Shown piece by piece: positions 1 to 12,718 of a DNA stretch of 45,129 nucleotides. The translations under genes and the position numbers were made by a program. The notes below the pieces were generated by a model. The model was not told the origin of the DNA. It searched no databases and worked only from the letters and a program-made list of their open reading frames with translations. Source of the DNA: Paraglomus brasilianum. Taxonomy: Eukaryota. The stretch is from assembly GCA_910592345.1 (NCBI GenBank), contig CAJVPI010000179.1, positions 1-45,129 of the forward strand, written 5' to 3'. Position 1 is the first letter of the stretch. Each line of letters starts with the position of its first letter.

Positions 1-121
1 AAAATTAATCATTTATATCGTAACCTGCTTTAACGAAACTATAACAAAATTGAATAGGACTTCTTTATAAAGAGGAAGAAAAAGGTTGGAACGGACCACT
101 TCGTTATATCCAGGTTCACTG
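1..121. mobile_element. Right end of a Tc1/mariner/pogo-type MITE, truncated by the window edge
   Basis: Ends CTTCGTTATATCCAGGTTCACTG (reverse complement CAGTGAACCTGGATATAACGAAG), same style as the 31805 MITE. The partner end is not visible. Confidence 0.45.
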
Positions 122-606
122 TGTATCTCCAATTCTCGAAGCAATTTATAAACATTCGACTGTCTTCCGCCTATCGAAGCGAGGGAAAGAATACATCAGA
201 CAATGCGTGCACACATCATTGCTATTACAACAAGAATCCCATGAAAAGTTGAACCCCATTCGTAATTCTCTGACGAGAATTTAGGGCCAGATTTATTGTA
301 TTAACGACGTGAGACCCAACTATGCTTCTTAGAGTTAAGGCTGAGCATAGAGCTAAATCTCAAGATCAGCTCTCCCTCTTTAGCAGCATGACATTTGCTT
401 AATATTGTCATAGTTGTAAATAAAGCTTTATAGTATCCTGAATTAAGAATAGTTTGGTATGTAATCGTAGCATGTGAACATGCGCCATCGAATTTAATTT
501 GTTAGTATTAGGGCTAAAATACGGTTGGGACCAACGAATTACTTGTTGGATATACTGATGGGCACACTTTTTATAAGCTTTGTCTTAATGGTGAGAAAAT
601 CGTCCG

Positions 607-649
607 TCAATGGACACAATCCATTGAAAACCAATGGCGAATGTACCCA
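607..649. repeat. 43-bp direct repeat copy 1 (copy 2 at 5343-5385)
   Basis: TCAATGGACACAATCCATTGAAAAC(C/T)AATGGCGAATGTACCCA, 42/43 identical. Confidence 0.9.
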
Positions 650-2049
650 ATAGATTGATCCATTGCTTGTTTATTGTATTAGTATGGTATGGAATATTGA
701 ATTGCGAGACGTATTGTATTATTATATATTAACAGTCGCATCTGATAAGATTCCGATTTACTAGCAAAGAGAGCCTTGCCTACCTAAGCTGAAGTTTATC
801 CTCAAATCCATGCTGCAAGTTGTCTAAATCAATTCAGCAATTAGGTTAATTAACACAGCGTAGTAAACCCCCTCCTTGCTAGCCTTTGATTAAAAGATTT
901 ATTTAGAGATTGTCATATACTTCGAAGAAACTATTTGTGTATAAGTTTGTATTATACAAAGTTTGATTTGTCCATTCGTTTGTATTGGTAATAGCGGTAG
1001 TGAACGATATACTTTTACAATATTGCTGTGAAAGAAAATTGACTTTTAATTCACAAACGAGGAGTGGAGGATAAATACATATTGATCATGTAATACTTCC
1101 ATGGTCAACATGGCTGCATTCTGTCAACTTCATCATTTTCCTTTAAGAAATCTAGAAAGAACAACGAGGAGCGAAAGAATCTGTTATATTGATCATCATG
1201 TTACTAACCTCTTGAGATTTCTTGTAGAAACTTTCTTCCAATAAAGCTGCCATGTCAATATCCATATCTCCAACGGATGACGCGTAATAAACTTAAGGTG
1301 AATGACAAAGAATATTTTTGTAACTGGTACAATTAACAATCGCCATTACATACGTAAATTTTAATTCAACTACAAATATTAACCTTAGCATCTAAGCTCA
1401 TACGTTTTGTCTCAAGTTCTATTATGTTCTTGTTTTCATTCGGTATAAAAATGCCTTATTTTATTAGTTGGCTTCAATATCAACCTCTTGACTAATAGAT
1501 TAGTTAAAGATATAAATACTTTGTATAATAACAAATACGCAATTTAATAATTACGTTTATCAGATTATCACAATCGTAACTTTGTTGAACCAAGTATTAC
1601 ATAGATTCTGGGTCACTTTCTTAAAAGAGTATTTGGCCATGTGATTAGTGTGTTTTAAAAATAATCTGTTAAAAGCTCTACTTTCCTCCTAACATTGTGT
1701 TTACTTCTGGGAAATGTTTTTAATGCAGAGTTTGCTACCACAAAACTTCTGGCATAATGTTTTTGTTTTATTTTTGCAGACCAAAGTCCTCAGGATTTAT
1801 TAATTCAAACGTGATGTGTTTTTTAATGTAGAACTTTATTGCCTAATGACAGATAAGTGTTAAGCACATTGGAAGAGGGATAAACCTTGAACAAACTCGC
1901 GTAAGCTATAAATAAACTGTAAATTACATGTCAATTCAAAATTGTGAATATAATAGTAGACAATGTCAGCATTTTTAATTGACTTTATTTAATATCAACA
2001 TCTGACCAATTCTTGTCTTCATACCAGTCACTGAATCAAATTATCTCCC

Positions 2050-4633
2050 CTACATCTCGTCCATCTCCTCTAAACTTGGCAAGCTGAAATCTGATAGGGG
2101 AGGCAACTGGTGAAAACTATTTCTTGGTTTAGGCAAATCTCCAGTAGGTAAGAGCTTACTAGAATATTTACTCTCTTTCTCAAGACGTGACAAGGGTCTT
2201 ACATCATTGCGATAAATGGTATTCCACATGTTGTCGTCAGAATTATCCTTGTCCACCTCTTCAATAAGATCGCAAATAGACTTGAGAAGTGTTGTAGCAT
2301 CTGGACGCTTGCCAGGATCAGCATCACAACACAACTCGGCAATTTTCTTATACTCCTCTGGCGCTGAATCAGGCATCGGTGGTCGCAATCCGCCCATAAT
2401 ATCGCACACTAAATCTCTGTCGAATGGCCTATCTCTAAAAGGTGATTCACCGGTGGCAATCAAATGCATAATAATACCAAAAGAATATACGTCTGATTTC
2501 CGAGTAAATTTACAAGTATGGAGTACCTCGGGTGCAATGAATGGTAATACTCCTCGAATGGTTGAACTCGATTCGGATGAATTCACCGATCGGGAGAGAC
2601 CAAGATCGCATATAAATGTATCACTAATGCGAAAATCTTTTTCTGTCTCAGACTTGCTACAATCTGAATTATCATGAAAAACTATGTTACCGCCATGAAG
2701 ATCACAATGCACAGATCCTGCATAATGAATAGCATCCAGATAGTCTGCAACACCCTTCAAATAGCGTAATTTTATCTTCCACGTCAGGTTGTTAATATTT
2801 TGATCCAAATAAGACAAAAGACTACCATTATTAGCATATTGCATAACAATCATGTACTCTTTTGTTTCTGGGTCTTGTGTGGTCCCGTAAATCTCAAGGA
2901 AAGAAGTGACCGCGCACTTGGCGTGATTTCTGAACTAATAAATAAAATAAATAGAGTCAGATTAAATACCGCTTTAATTAATATTGTCAAAGATTGCCTA
3001 CCTCGGAAATAAATAATTCCGGCGTTTCATCAAAACCCTTAAAGCGTTTCAGTACAACAAGTTCTGGTATTTGTATATCTTTTTCTGAATTGCCTTTATA
3101 TTTGGCAGTATAGACGGTTCCATAACCACCAGATCCAATCTTTTTGAGTTCATCAAAGTCGGTATACTCCATATACTGAACATATTCATTAAGTCGTATA
3201 AACTTGTCCAACAGTGCTTGTAAATTGTGGTAGAACACTAAATAATATTCTCGAGTAGATGGCTCTTGGGTGATTCCAATTATCCAAATATTATCCGGAG
3301 TCAATATTTCTGGATATCGTTTAGTTAGCTACTTGAGTAAACAAATACAGTCGTTACCACAATGATTGATTTAAACTGCAACATACACACACCTAATAGT
3401 TAATAAGACTGTTTGCGTGAAATAATTTACCTGGTAAAAATCAAACGACTGAGAATCCTGTCCGTCAACTATCTTTTTGAGCATTACTGTTGTCCATCCA
3501 TTTGTTATCGGTTCCAACCAACCTGCTATATGTGTACACCCATGGCGTAATAATGTCATCTCTTGTACGTTCGCCAATAGAGAGTATTCAATCCATTGTA
3601 TATACGCATCATATCTACTCGTCGTATTACTCCATGATTCCATAATAAATAAATCCAATGGTTTGTTGCCAGTCGTCCAATCAACAGGTCTTGGTGCCTT
3701 ACATTCATAACAGAATGCATTCATATTGGGTTCCAATCTTCCTATGCATGCCAGACACAACCCCCTCTCACAATATTCGTTTATTAGATAATACTTCCGT
3801 TTCGTCAAATGGTATGTAAATCCAATGGTAATCCAAACATCTTTGGCAAGAATGTCTGGATGCTTATCACATAACTAATGAATGATACGTTGTATCAAGT
3901 CAACAATTATAAATTATCCAAACAATTTAATAAACGTGAGGTTTACCTTGTCATAATATGAACCATCTGTCTTATTTGTTATCTTAAGTGGAATCAATTT
4001 CACTTCACGATCCAAGTATCCCCAATAATCAATACAAGCGAATGGAATCCATTCCAAATAGGCATGATTTGGTGAGTTTGTTTGTAACTGAGATTTCTTA
4101 ATAAACTCGTCGAGTTGCTTATTGTTGCTAGTCCATCCATTGGATATTTGTTTATGTCCGCAAATGCACCACACGGGACTACATCGGAGTATTCCACATG
4201 CAGTGCAGAATCCATATCGAGAATAACAATAGTGAAAGCGTCTATTAGCAACCATGTAATAGTTGTTATCATAGTTGGTAAATCCGTCTATCATTCGATT
4301 GCGTTTCCTAAGCAATGTGGAATATCTTCTAAAGCCCTTGACATTATTATTATTGTACTTATATGTTGGAAGTGAGTATATCCTGGCAAACTCGCTCACA
4401 AACGTTGGTGTACATATTTCATCATTTCCAAGAGATAGCAATATCATCTTCGTTTCAGAAACTCTACCATTATCAAAAGTTTCCTTGCGAATAGCGCAAT
4501 GAATAGTGTCAATTTGACTTGACTTTATGCCGCTAATTTCCGAGTAGGGAATCCATTTAAGTATATATTCACTTGCTAAGGAGGCTTGAATCAAGTTGTC
4601 AATTGCTATATAAGCCCCTAAAACTAACGACAT
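2050..4633 (-). CDS. Tyrosine-kinase-like (TKL) Ser/Thr kinase of the Glomeromycota-expanded type, about 780 aa, 4 exons (4633-3947, 3874-3431, 3328-3002, 2934-2050)
   Basis: GT-AG splicing joins the ORFs in frame. Motifs GSGGYGTVY, VVLK, HCDLHGGNI, DLG, GVLPFIAPE, DVYSFG and C-DADP-KRP are present, plus repeated N-terminal WT-xNK-LD-FI...WI(P/E)(Y/F) modules. The 5' start is uncertain. Confidence 0.9.
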
Positions 4634-5342
4634 TGAAGCAAATACTGTACATTCCGGAGCAGTATTTTATACATTTTGGTGTTACATTGTAGTTAGGCAA
4701 CGTTATTATTATTAGTAGCGATTATTAAACATGCGTTTCGCTGTCAAAAAAAAGGTAAAAGCAGTTTCTTATTAAAAACAACATAGTTATGATCATAATC
4801 ATGTCAACCGTTGTTGCATGTTACTCTATTGCTCTCACCGCGATCTATATTATTCGAATTGTAAACTAGTCCAATTTATAATTCACAAACTTTGGATATC
4901 ACCCATATCAACATCTCTTAATATTAACAAAGACCTTTGTTTGAAGAGAAACAGACCATAGCTTAGGACTATTGTATCGCTCAAAATCATCATTAACAAA
5001 AAAAAAAGTGGTTGGAATATTCAACATGGAAGTATTTTACGATGACTAATACAAACAAAGAGGCTCGTTGGTTCGATTAATATGTTCGGTGTTTCTAGAA
5101 TGTTTCTTACAACTGTGGTAAATGCATATCAATTTTGATTTCGAACTCGTTATCATTAGCGGATGATTGCAATAGCCTTTTTAATTAAGCTTCAGGACAT
5201 TTTAATTTATGCATCCCGTTTGTTGTGAATATATATCATTTAGTATATTATTTCAGCAAAAGGAATACTCATTGAAATACAATGGAATGTATAAGTGCCA
5301 TCTACGGTACCAGATCATCGTTAATATTAATACGTTTTTGAT

Positions 5343-5385
5343 TCAATGGACACAATCCATTGAAAACTAATGGCGAATGTACCCA
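5343..5385. repeat. 43-bp direct repeat copy 2
   Basis: Matches 607-649 with one mismatch. Confidence 0.9.
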
Positions 5386-5748
5386 GTCAACATGAGTCGT
5401 TTAAATCAATTGAGGATCCATTGACAACAAAATAAAATAAAGAATTGTTGTCATAACAATGTTTATCTGGCTTATTTGTTATGATAACGTTTACATGTGA
5501 TTTATATCCGTCTTTGCGCATTTTAAATAAGACAGCGAGCGCCAATTCCACCTTTTTTCTCTTAATTTTCTTTTGTAAGGTTATAGACTGGTCTATGGAC
5601 TATTCAAAAGTTATCTCGGATGGAGAACTGGGTTTTGAGCATCATACAACCTTCGAAGTTATGATTGTTCTTTTATCAATTAATATTATGTTATTTGATT
5701 TTATTTATTATTAAATATGATAAATTTTCTGTTTATTTTACATTCCCC

Positions 5749-8700
5749 TCATTTTTCCTTATTCACTATCGTAACCAAGTGTGGAGCGCTTGGCATTTGG
5801 ATGAATCCTTCTTTGTGTTGAAAATCACTTGGTGTATGGGAATCGTCATCTGTGTTTACTGTCAATCGCCATCTGTTTAGATCATATACGCCTGGTTGAG
5901 TAAAACAGGCCATGGCAGTGATTGTGTGTTCTTCATCAGGAGCAAGCGAACCATATCTAATTGTTGCACCTGTCCATTGGAATACTGTCATATATGACTT
6001 ATGAGGTGTATTGCTAGTCGAAGTAACAGTGAGATATAGGTTATTAAAATTTCGGTCATTGTTTTCTGTCCGACAACTATTGACATAACTAACCTTTGGT
6101 CATAAGAAAGCAACTCCATTTTGAACCTTATCGGTTTATTCCAAGAACAATTCCTTATCGAAATGGTTATCGGGATAGTACATAGACTACACAACAAGGA
6201 CACTTTTTATTCAATTACGAGTACATTACCATCCTCCACCTCATCGAATACTCACCCAATATCCGAAAACTCATGTTCATACACATCATTACATGTAACC
6301 GTTAACTTCAAGGGATTCTCGTCCTTAAAATGTTTGTTCTTCAACAGACCATTAATCAAGGCTGTCCTCTCTTTCACCGTTTGTTCGTAAAGAGCCCTGC
6401 TCGGTGCAATTAGAATATCTTTTCCTTCAACCGGATTTTGTTGTACGCCGAGGTTGATTCCAATGATATAATGATGGCCCTTTCTTGGCAGATTAAGCAT
6501 GTTCCAATACAATGCAATATCAACATCATCAGTAGTATATAGAGTAAATATTTGAGAATGTTGCTTTTGCGGTATTGTTGGGAATTGATTCTGCAGTGTG
6601 TTCGTTTTCCATTGAATTCTAGAGTTTATAGAAAAACTTTCGAGCGGTTTAGATGAGCTTGGTATTATGCGGTCGGACTAGTGAGAGATAATAGTGGCGA
6701 TTGAGAAGGCGCATTCACAATGTTGAACATAACAAACGTACACCACAACTTACAAAAGGTATGTTAGTAACCAGCAGTTCAACCGGCGAAGGTTCATCTA
6801 TGTGTTCGTTCTCTCCTCCCATGATCAATCTCTTGAATGCACTTGATGTATACAGTTCTGGTGTCTTGCCGTCAGACGGAGCAACAGTAGTAACTTTTCT
6901 CAGTCGATAATATGTAAAAGTAGTCTGTCGGGGTGCTATGAGAGCTGTCGAATTGCTGATAGAACGTTCGAAAATTAAGCGCTCATATATAAACATACAA
7001 AAACTAACTAAATTACTCACTCTAAAGCTTGAGTCACAGGTGATATAACCCATGACGGACTTGTGGATGTCAATTGTATCAATTGAAAATCTGCCGTTGT
7101 TTGCAGATTCTCGGTCTATGATATAATGTGAAGCTCAATAATACTTTCACAAGTTAACAGATTCAACCATACACTGCATTTACCTCGATGCCTAAGATGT
7201 ACTCATTTAAATACTTCGTACTTTGCCTAGTAAATGCACTTATCTTTAGAGATTGCAAAACTTGAGCAGATGTAACAAATCGCAAGCTTCGATATCTCAT
7301 AGCTGCGTTCTTATCCTACAGGATGCGAACACGCAGGTTACATTTAACGTGAGAGATTTCCATGTTGACAGAACAGCGCGGTCAATACCTCTGATTCATA
7401 AGTAAACAAAAATCTGAGGGTGTGTTTCCCAATTTTATCTCCCCTAATCCATATTGGAATCGAAGTTGCCTTTCCGGGAGCAAGAAGAGCGGACTTTGTG
7501 GTTTCATCATGAGGGAGTGGCACATCCATTATACTACTATTCGATAAAGTATTACTGATAGCAAAGCTCTCTGATCTTAATTGAGTTTCAGAAAATTCCG
7601 TAGGATCATCACCTAAACAAAAGAAGTGAAAAGATGAACTCATCACACCTAAATATAGCCAATACAGAATATTAATGTCATACTAATTCTTACTATAAAC
7701 ACTTCGATCTAACATCCTAGTATCTCCAATACAAATAAAACTTGGATGACTCAGTTTAACCCTCAAATCGGTCAATCCGGTTTGACCTTTATTACTTATG
7801 TCCAACACTAGTCTAGTCACTTCTCCAGAAAGCAACATGTCGGGAAACGAACGGAAAGCTACCTCAAGTAGCGGCATAGGAGCAGTGACAGTAAGTTCGA
7901 GGGAACTGTCTGGAGCATAAACTACATTCATTCTTTGCTCCTTAGTGTCGTTCAGGCGTTTCCCATGCTTAGAGAATTTTTTATAAGAATAGACAATCGA
8001 CTGTAGCGCATACCGAAGTCCTAGAAGTTTCAGCCGTCCTTCTTTCTTAGGAAACACTCGCAAAGAGACCTGTGGGACATAGTCACAATGTAAGAGCACC
8101 GTAAGAATATCAAATTTATTCCACAATAATTGATTGTTACTCACAGTTTTTCTTTCCAAACCCCCCAACGCGACTTCTGAAAGTTTTTCAAGATCGAATG
8201 CATCCAGTTTTACGTAGTTTATATTCACATCTTCGGACAGGTCGTATTGAAATATATTATTATCTGACTTGTCGCTTGCAACGGATTCCGAATTAGCAGT
8301 ATACTCGCATTCAAGGACCAAATCATTGACAGTAATTGGTATTTGCATTGGATTGTATAAGGTAAGATGTACAAAAAACGTTTCTACACGTGTAAAAGAG
8401 ATCTAAGATATTATTAAAAGACGCGACACGAACTAACGGCGACATACTTAGAAAGGAAATTACCTCCGACAGCACACAGCGTCCGACACATATCCTTACT
8501 TGACAGTTTTGGTCGTACCCTAGGCCTACCGTGGGAATCAAGTCCTTTGAATCCTTCCTCTATAAATTCTTGTTCCATCATCTCCCATGTCTCATCAAAT
8601 TCGCTTGACTGTGAATTGGAGAGCACAACTCTAACAGAATTATCATCAATTTTAGGAACTGGTAGTTCCTGTATACCAATTACAGAATCCTTGTCTATTT

Positions 8701-11587
8701 TATTCTCGTATACCTGACATTAAAAATTTAGAATCAATTAACATGTACTCATATTTCCAGGAAAGAGTAATGCGCGCGCGTACTTTATATACAATTAGGA
8801 ATTCTCTTAGATAAGCCTGTTGTTGTGATGGTGGCTGGCGACTTTCCCTCAACAATTTCAAGAAGAATTTCAAAGCATTGTCAAGATCGCGCAAGTGGTA
8901 AAATTGACGTCCGAGAGCAAAATTTATGTGATCTTCTACTAACGACCACGAATGACCTTCGAAAACATTAGATGCTGCCAAGTAGCATCTGCATGCATGT
9001 TCGCGCTATCACAAGTATTTAATGAGACGTTCTCATAAGTAAAGCAAGCAAAGCATGTCAACGTAAAGATGTTACAATTATAAAATTAAATACCTGACTG
9101 CATTTCCCATATCGATGTCCAGCCATTATCATATGAAAAGCGAAATTTCTGACCCTTGGTCTGCTACATCGCAGGAATGAATGCGCAGCTTGTTCCAAGA
9201 ATAAAGCACTTCTTAGGTCGGAGTCCTGCGAATACAAACAAGATTAGCCTTTTTTACAATCCTCTAATATCCCTCATAATTCCAGATTACATACATCACC
9301 GGCCATTCTTATTAATGCAGGTGGAGCATTTTTATACATGTTCCTATGTTTTAACATTTCGTAATAAAGAATTGTTGTCTTTGTAGCCCAAAAGGAAGCT
9401 TTCGCTCGATTACTGAAAGCATTAACTGCTTGCTCAAAGTAATGATCAATGTCTATCTTTGAGTCTGCGTACGACGGTGCAATTAATAAACATAAACCAA
9501 TCATTTCCTACATAAATGTAAAATAATCATTATTATTCACAATCTTACCATAGTAAGATCATACACATCGAAAGATATTTTACTTGAGCTCCAGCGTAAT
9601 ATTTCCAAGCTTTGTCGGCTGAAAAATCACGTTTTACAGAGTCATACACCGAACGCGCGAATTGGTAGTCACGAAGCATAAAGGCATAATCAGCCAACTT
9701 TCTCATTTGTGCTTCAGGTGAAGTATGTGGATATCTAGATATTCGTATAACATGACCAATGTCAATAATATACATCAGAGATGCTTCAAATCCTAGATTC
9801 ACATGAAACAGTAATTGCTAACCAAAACTAACATATTATTTGCACGATGCGCAGCTTGTGTTGTTTGCTGTACTTGGCTCGCGGCTTTTGTTCCACCGCC
9901 AAAGTAGCGTCGACCTACTGTAAATAGACGACCGGTAAATCCACGACGGGAGGAAGCAACCTATTCAGAACCTTCGGTTAACATAAACTAAAGTATAATG
10001 TGGCCGCAGACATCGCGTACCTGCTCATTCCATCTTTGAATACTTCTCTCCATATATGGAACAATGCTTTGCGCAACCAATTCACGAACAAACGTCTTAA
10101 TTCCAGCAAAGTCGTCTTCACTGAGACATAATCCATATTGCACATTAGACGGGGGTAAGCTTCCAATCATTCCCAAGCCCAGCCAACTCTGTGAATCGAC
10201 ACCTGATTCTTTCTCTTTTCCAAAAAACTCTTCGCTAGATGGCGAATTTAATGTGGATGTGGGAGAAAGCGGTAGACCAAAGGTTTGAAGGGTCGGAGAA
10301 CTTGCAGATGGTCGTTCTTCAAAGGGTGACGAAGGCGTTGATGTGGAGGATTGTAATATAGACATAATGGTGCCGATTTCACTTATGATCGGTGACCATA
10401 CGTCTGGAATACGCAGATAAGCAGGTGTGTGAGAGGGCGTGTTTGTAGAATCCATTAGATCGATTGGCGATGGGGGCGGAAGCGAATTTAATTTCAATAG
10501 GTGACAATGCAGTCCAAACGTCTGTTTTAATTTCTTAAAGACGGCTTCTGAGCTAAATAAGATAAACAAAGTAAATTTGCATTATGAGCCGATATTACTC
10601 TGGGTGTAACGAGACGAGATAAATAGTTTCATAACTCAACTGTTCTAAACCGACTCTATGTTCATCATGCAATAAGACATAATACTTCAAGATGTCTGGG
10701 TCAAGGTAACTCTCGCCGAATATTGGGGCGGATGTCATACTATTATAAATTTCGCTTAAGGTTGCGATTGGATCTGGATTCGATGAGCTAATCGCGATGA
10801 TGCCTATAATGTATCTCCAGCAGTCAAGGTAGCTTTTTCTTTTTTAAACCATTAATAACTTTGTCAATAAAGGATACAAGCCACAGGGTGATCGAATGTT
10901 TCGTGCTCACTGACTCCGGTTAATTGAAAGAATAGTTTTCGATACTCAGCATACCATGGAGTTATATCGTCTAATTTCGCTATAAAGCAAGTCAATCACG
11001 TTAGCTACAGGAGTGCAATGCAAGTGAATAGTAGTCCCATTGGAATGACTTACAGTCGAGATAGTCACTTTGAATATCCGCTTTCGATCTTATATTTGGA
11101 TATACTGGTTGTGAACTTAGATTACCACGAAATGCTTTGGCTCTTTCCTCGAGTAATCTTGAGGCAAGAGTAACATCAGGCTGCTCCAAGTATGCCAAAT
11201 CCGCAAATCGTACAGTAAAACGCTCGATTGGATTCGGTAATCCTTGAGAATCACGAGCGGTAACTGAAGTGATCCATCATTTAGTAACGGTAATTTAATT
11301 AATGTTGAATAGTTAATCACATTCACTTACATATTAACACTCACAAGCCCCAGTCAATCCAACTTACCCTTGCCAGATATCAATTCTCCAAAGGGCCGAA
11401 TCATATCCAGAAATGTTGGAAAATTATTCGCTCTACAGACTTCGTCGGCATCCGGAGACGAAACGACAGCAACTCGTGGAGATAAGACTTTCGTGACAAA
11501 GTCCTTGGGGGTGTCTGTGTGCGTGGGAGGAATTGGGGATGGTGAACGTGATAGAAGAGGATGCGGCGGGGGAGATAAGGACTCCAT
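5749..11587 (-). CDS. TRS85: TRAPP III-specific subunit Trs85/TRAPPC8, multi-exon
   Basis: Exon peptides VLSPRVAVVSSPDADEVC..FLDMIRPFG, FVRELVAQSIVPYMER, SPEAQMRKLADYAFMLRDY, WSLVEDHINFALGRQ and ACFTQPGVYDLNRW. Probable ATG at 11587, TGA at 5749-5751. Confidence 0.9.
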
Positions 11588-12718
11588 TGCTCTAGAGGAC
11601 TGGGGCAAATGCAAAATTGTGGTATTGCCTGCTTGCTTTTGTTTGTTGAATGAGGCGCGCTACTAACTACATTACGCCACAAAGTTTATTTTAGGGGTTG
11701 ACGCCACAATCATCAAAATTCGCCTACAAAATAGAATTATGCATTATTCACATAACATTACTATAGTTAATCTCCAGGAGAAAAGTCTAAGAAATAAATG
11801 ATTCCGGTAATAGACCATCTGTACTGTTTTAGTCCACACGTCATTAACGGTCATTATTTAAGTAATGCCTTATCATAATAATAAGCATCGGGTAAATGAA
11901 CCAGACTCATATAAGCCTATTAATGTCTTACGTTGATTGACAAGTGCTTAATAACGCGTGATTCGTGTTAACTGCTAGTAATCCCCACTTGAATGTCTTT
12001 GGATGTTAAAATAGATTTTTCACTATGAACAATACTCTCTATTTGTTTATCAAGTTTGAATAAAGTTTTCTTTGTCGGAATATCCAATTAATAATAAGAG
12101 GATAGGGGCACGTTTCATTGTGAGCTATTATTGTATACGAAATAGGTATCCGAATAATTATTGGTTTGTAGCTTAATTCTCTCCGGGAAGACATTCCTGA
12201 AATTTGATCTTACACTTGAGTTATGTGAAAGTGAGAAAGACATAACCACAGAGTTGCAAACTCCGTTATCCTTTGTACATTATGCGATAACCGATTCGCC
12301 TTAATGTTGTTTAATCGTGCTTAATTCACCTACATGGAGCGATACTTCTTGTCTTGACTTGCATTTGTATACCATGTCCTGAAAATAGCCTAAGGACTAA
12401 AATATGTACGCCATCGCGGCAACGAATATTCAACGTACTGATCTTTTCATTGGTTAGATCTACTCTAAATATCGAACAATGTGGGATAACTGGTTTGCCG
12501 CAGTAAATTAATCGGTCACGTGTCAATTGGAATATAACTGCGAACTAGAGATTTCTTTAAGAAAATTCTTTTCGCCTAACGAACTGTTTGTAATGTCTCT
12601 AGCTGACGGTATGATACATCAGTTTAAAAAAATCATTTTCACTTTAACTTGCACTCCAACCATAAAAATAATCTAGTAGCGCAAGAAATATTTTTGGATA
12701 AATAACTAACCGCTCTTG

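Noticed and set aside
1824..1842. 19-bp exact match TAATGTAGAACTTTATTGC to 30391-30409
   Set aside because: AT-rich, does not extend, and is compatible with chance or a common repeat fragment.
2216..2677. Antisense/overlapping ORFs in the track (this one and similar ORFs over TRS85, ILS1, GT49, 4E-BP)
   Set aside because: Shadow frames of real coding exons.
11588..12718. Bidirectional promoter for TRS85/ILS1
   Set aside because: The divergent arrangement is real, but no specific regulatory site can be supported from sequence.
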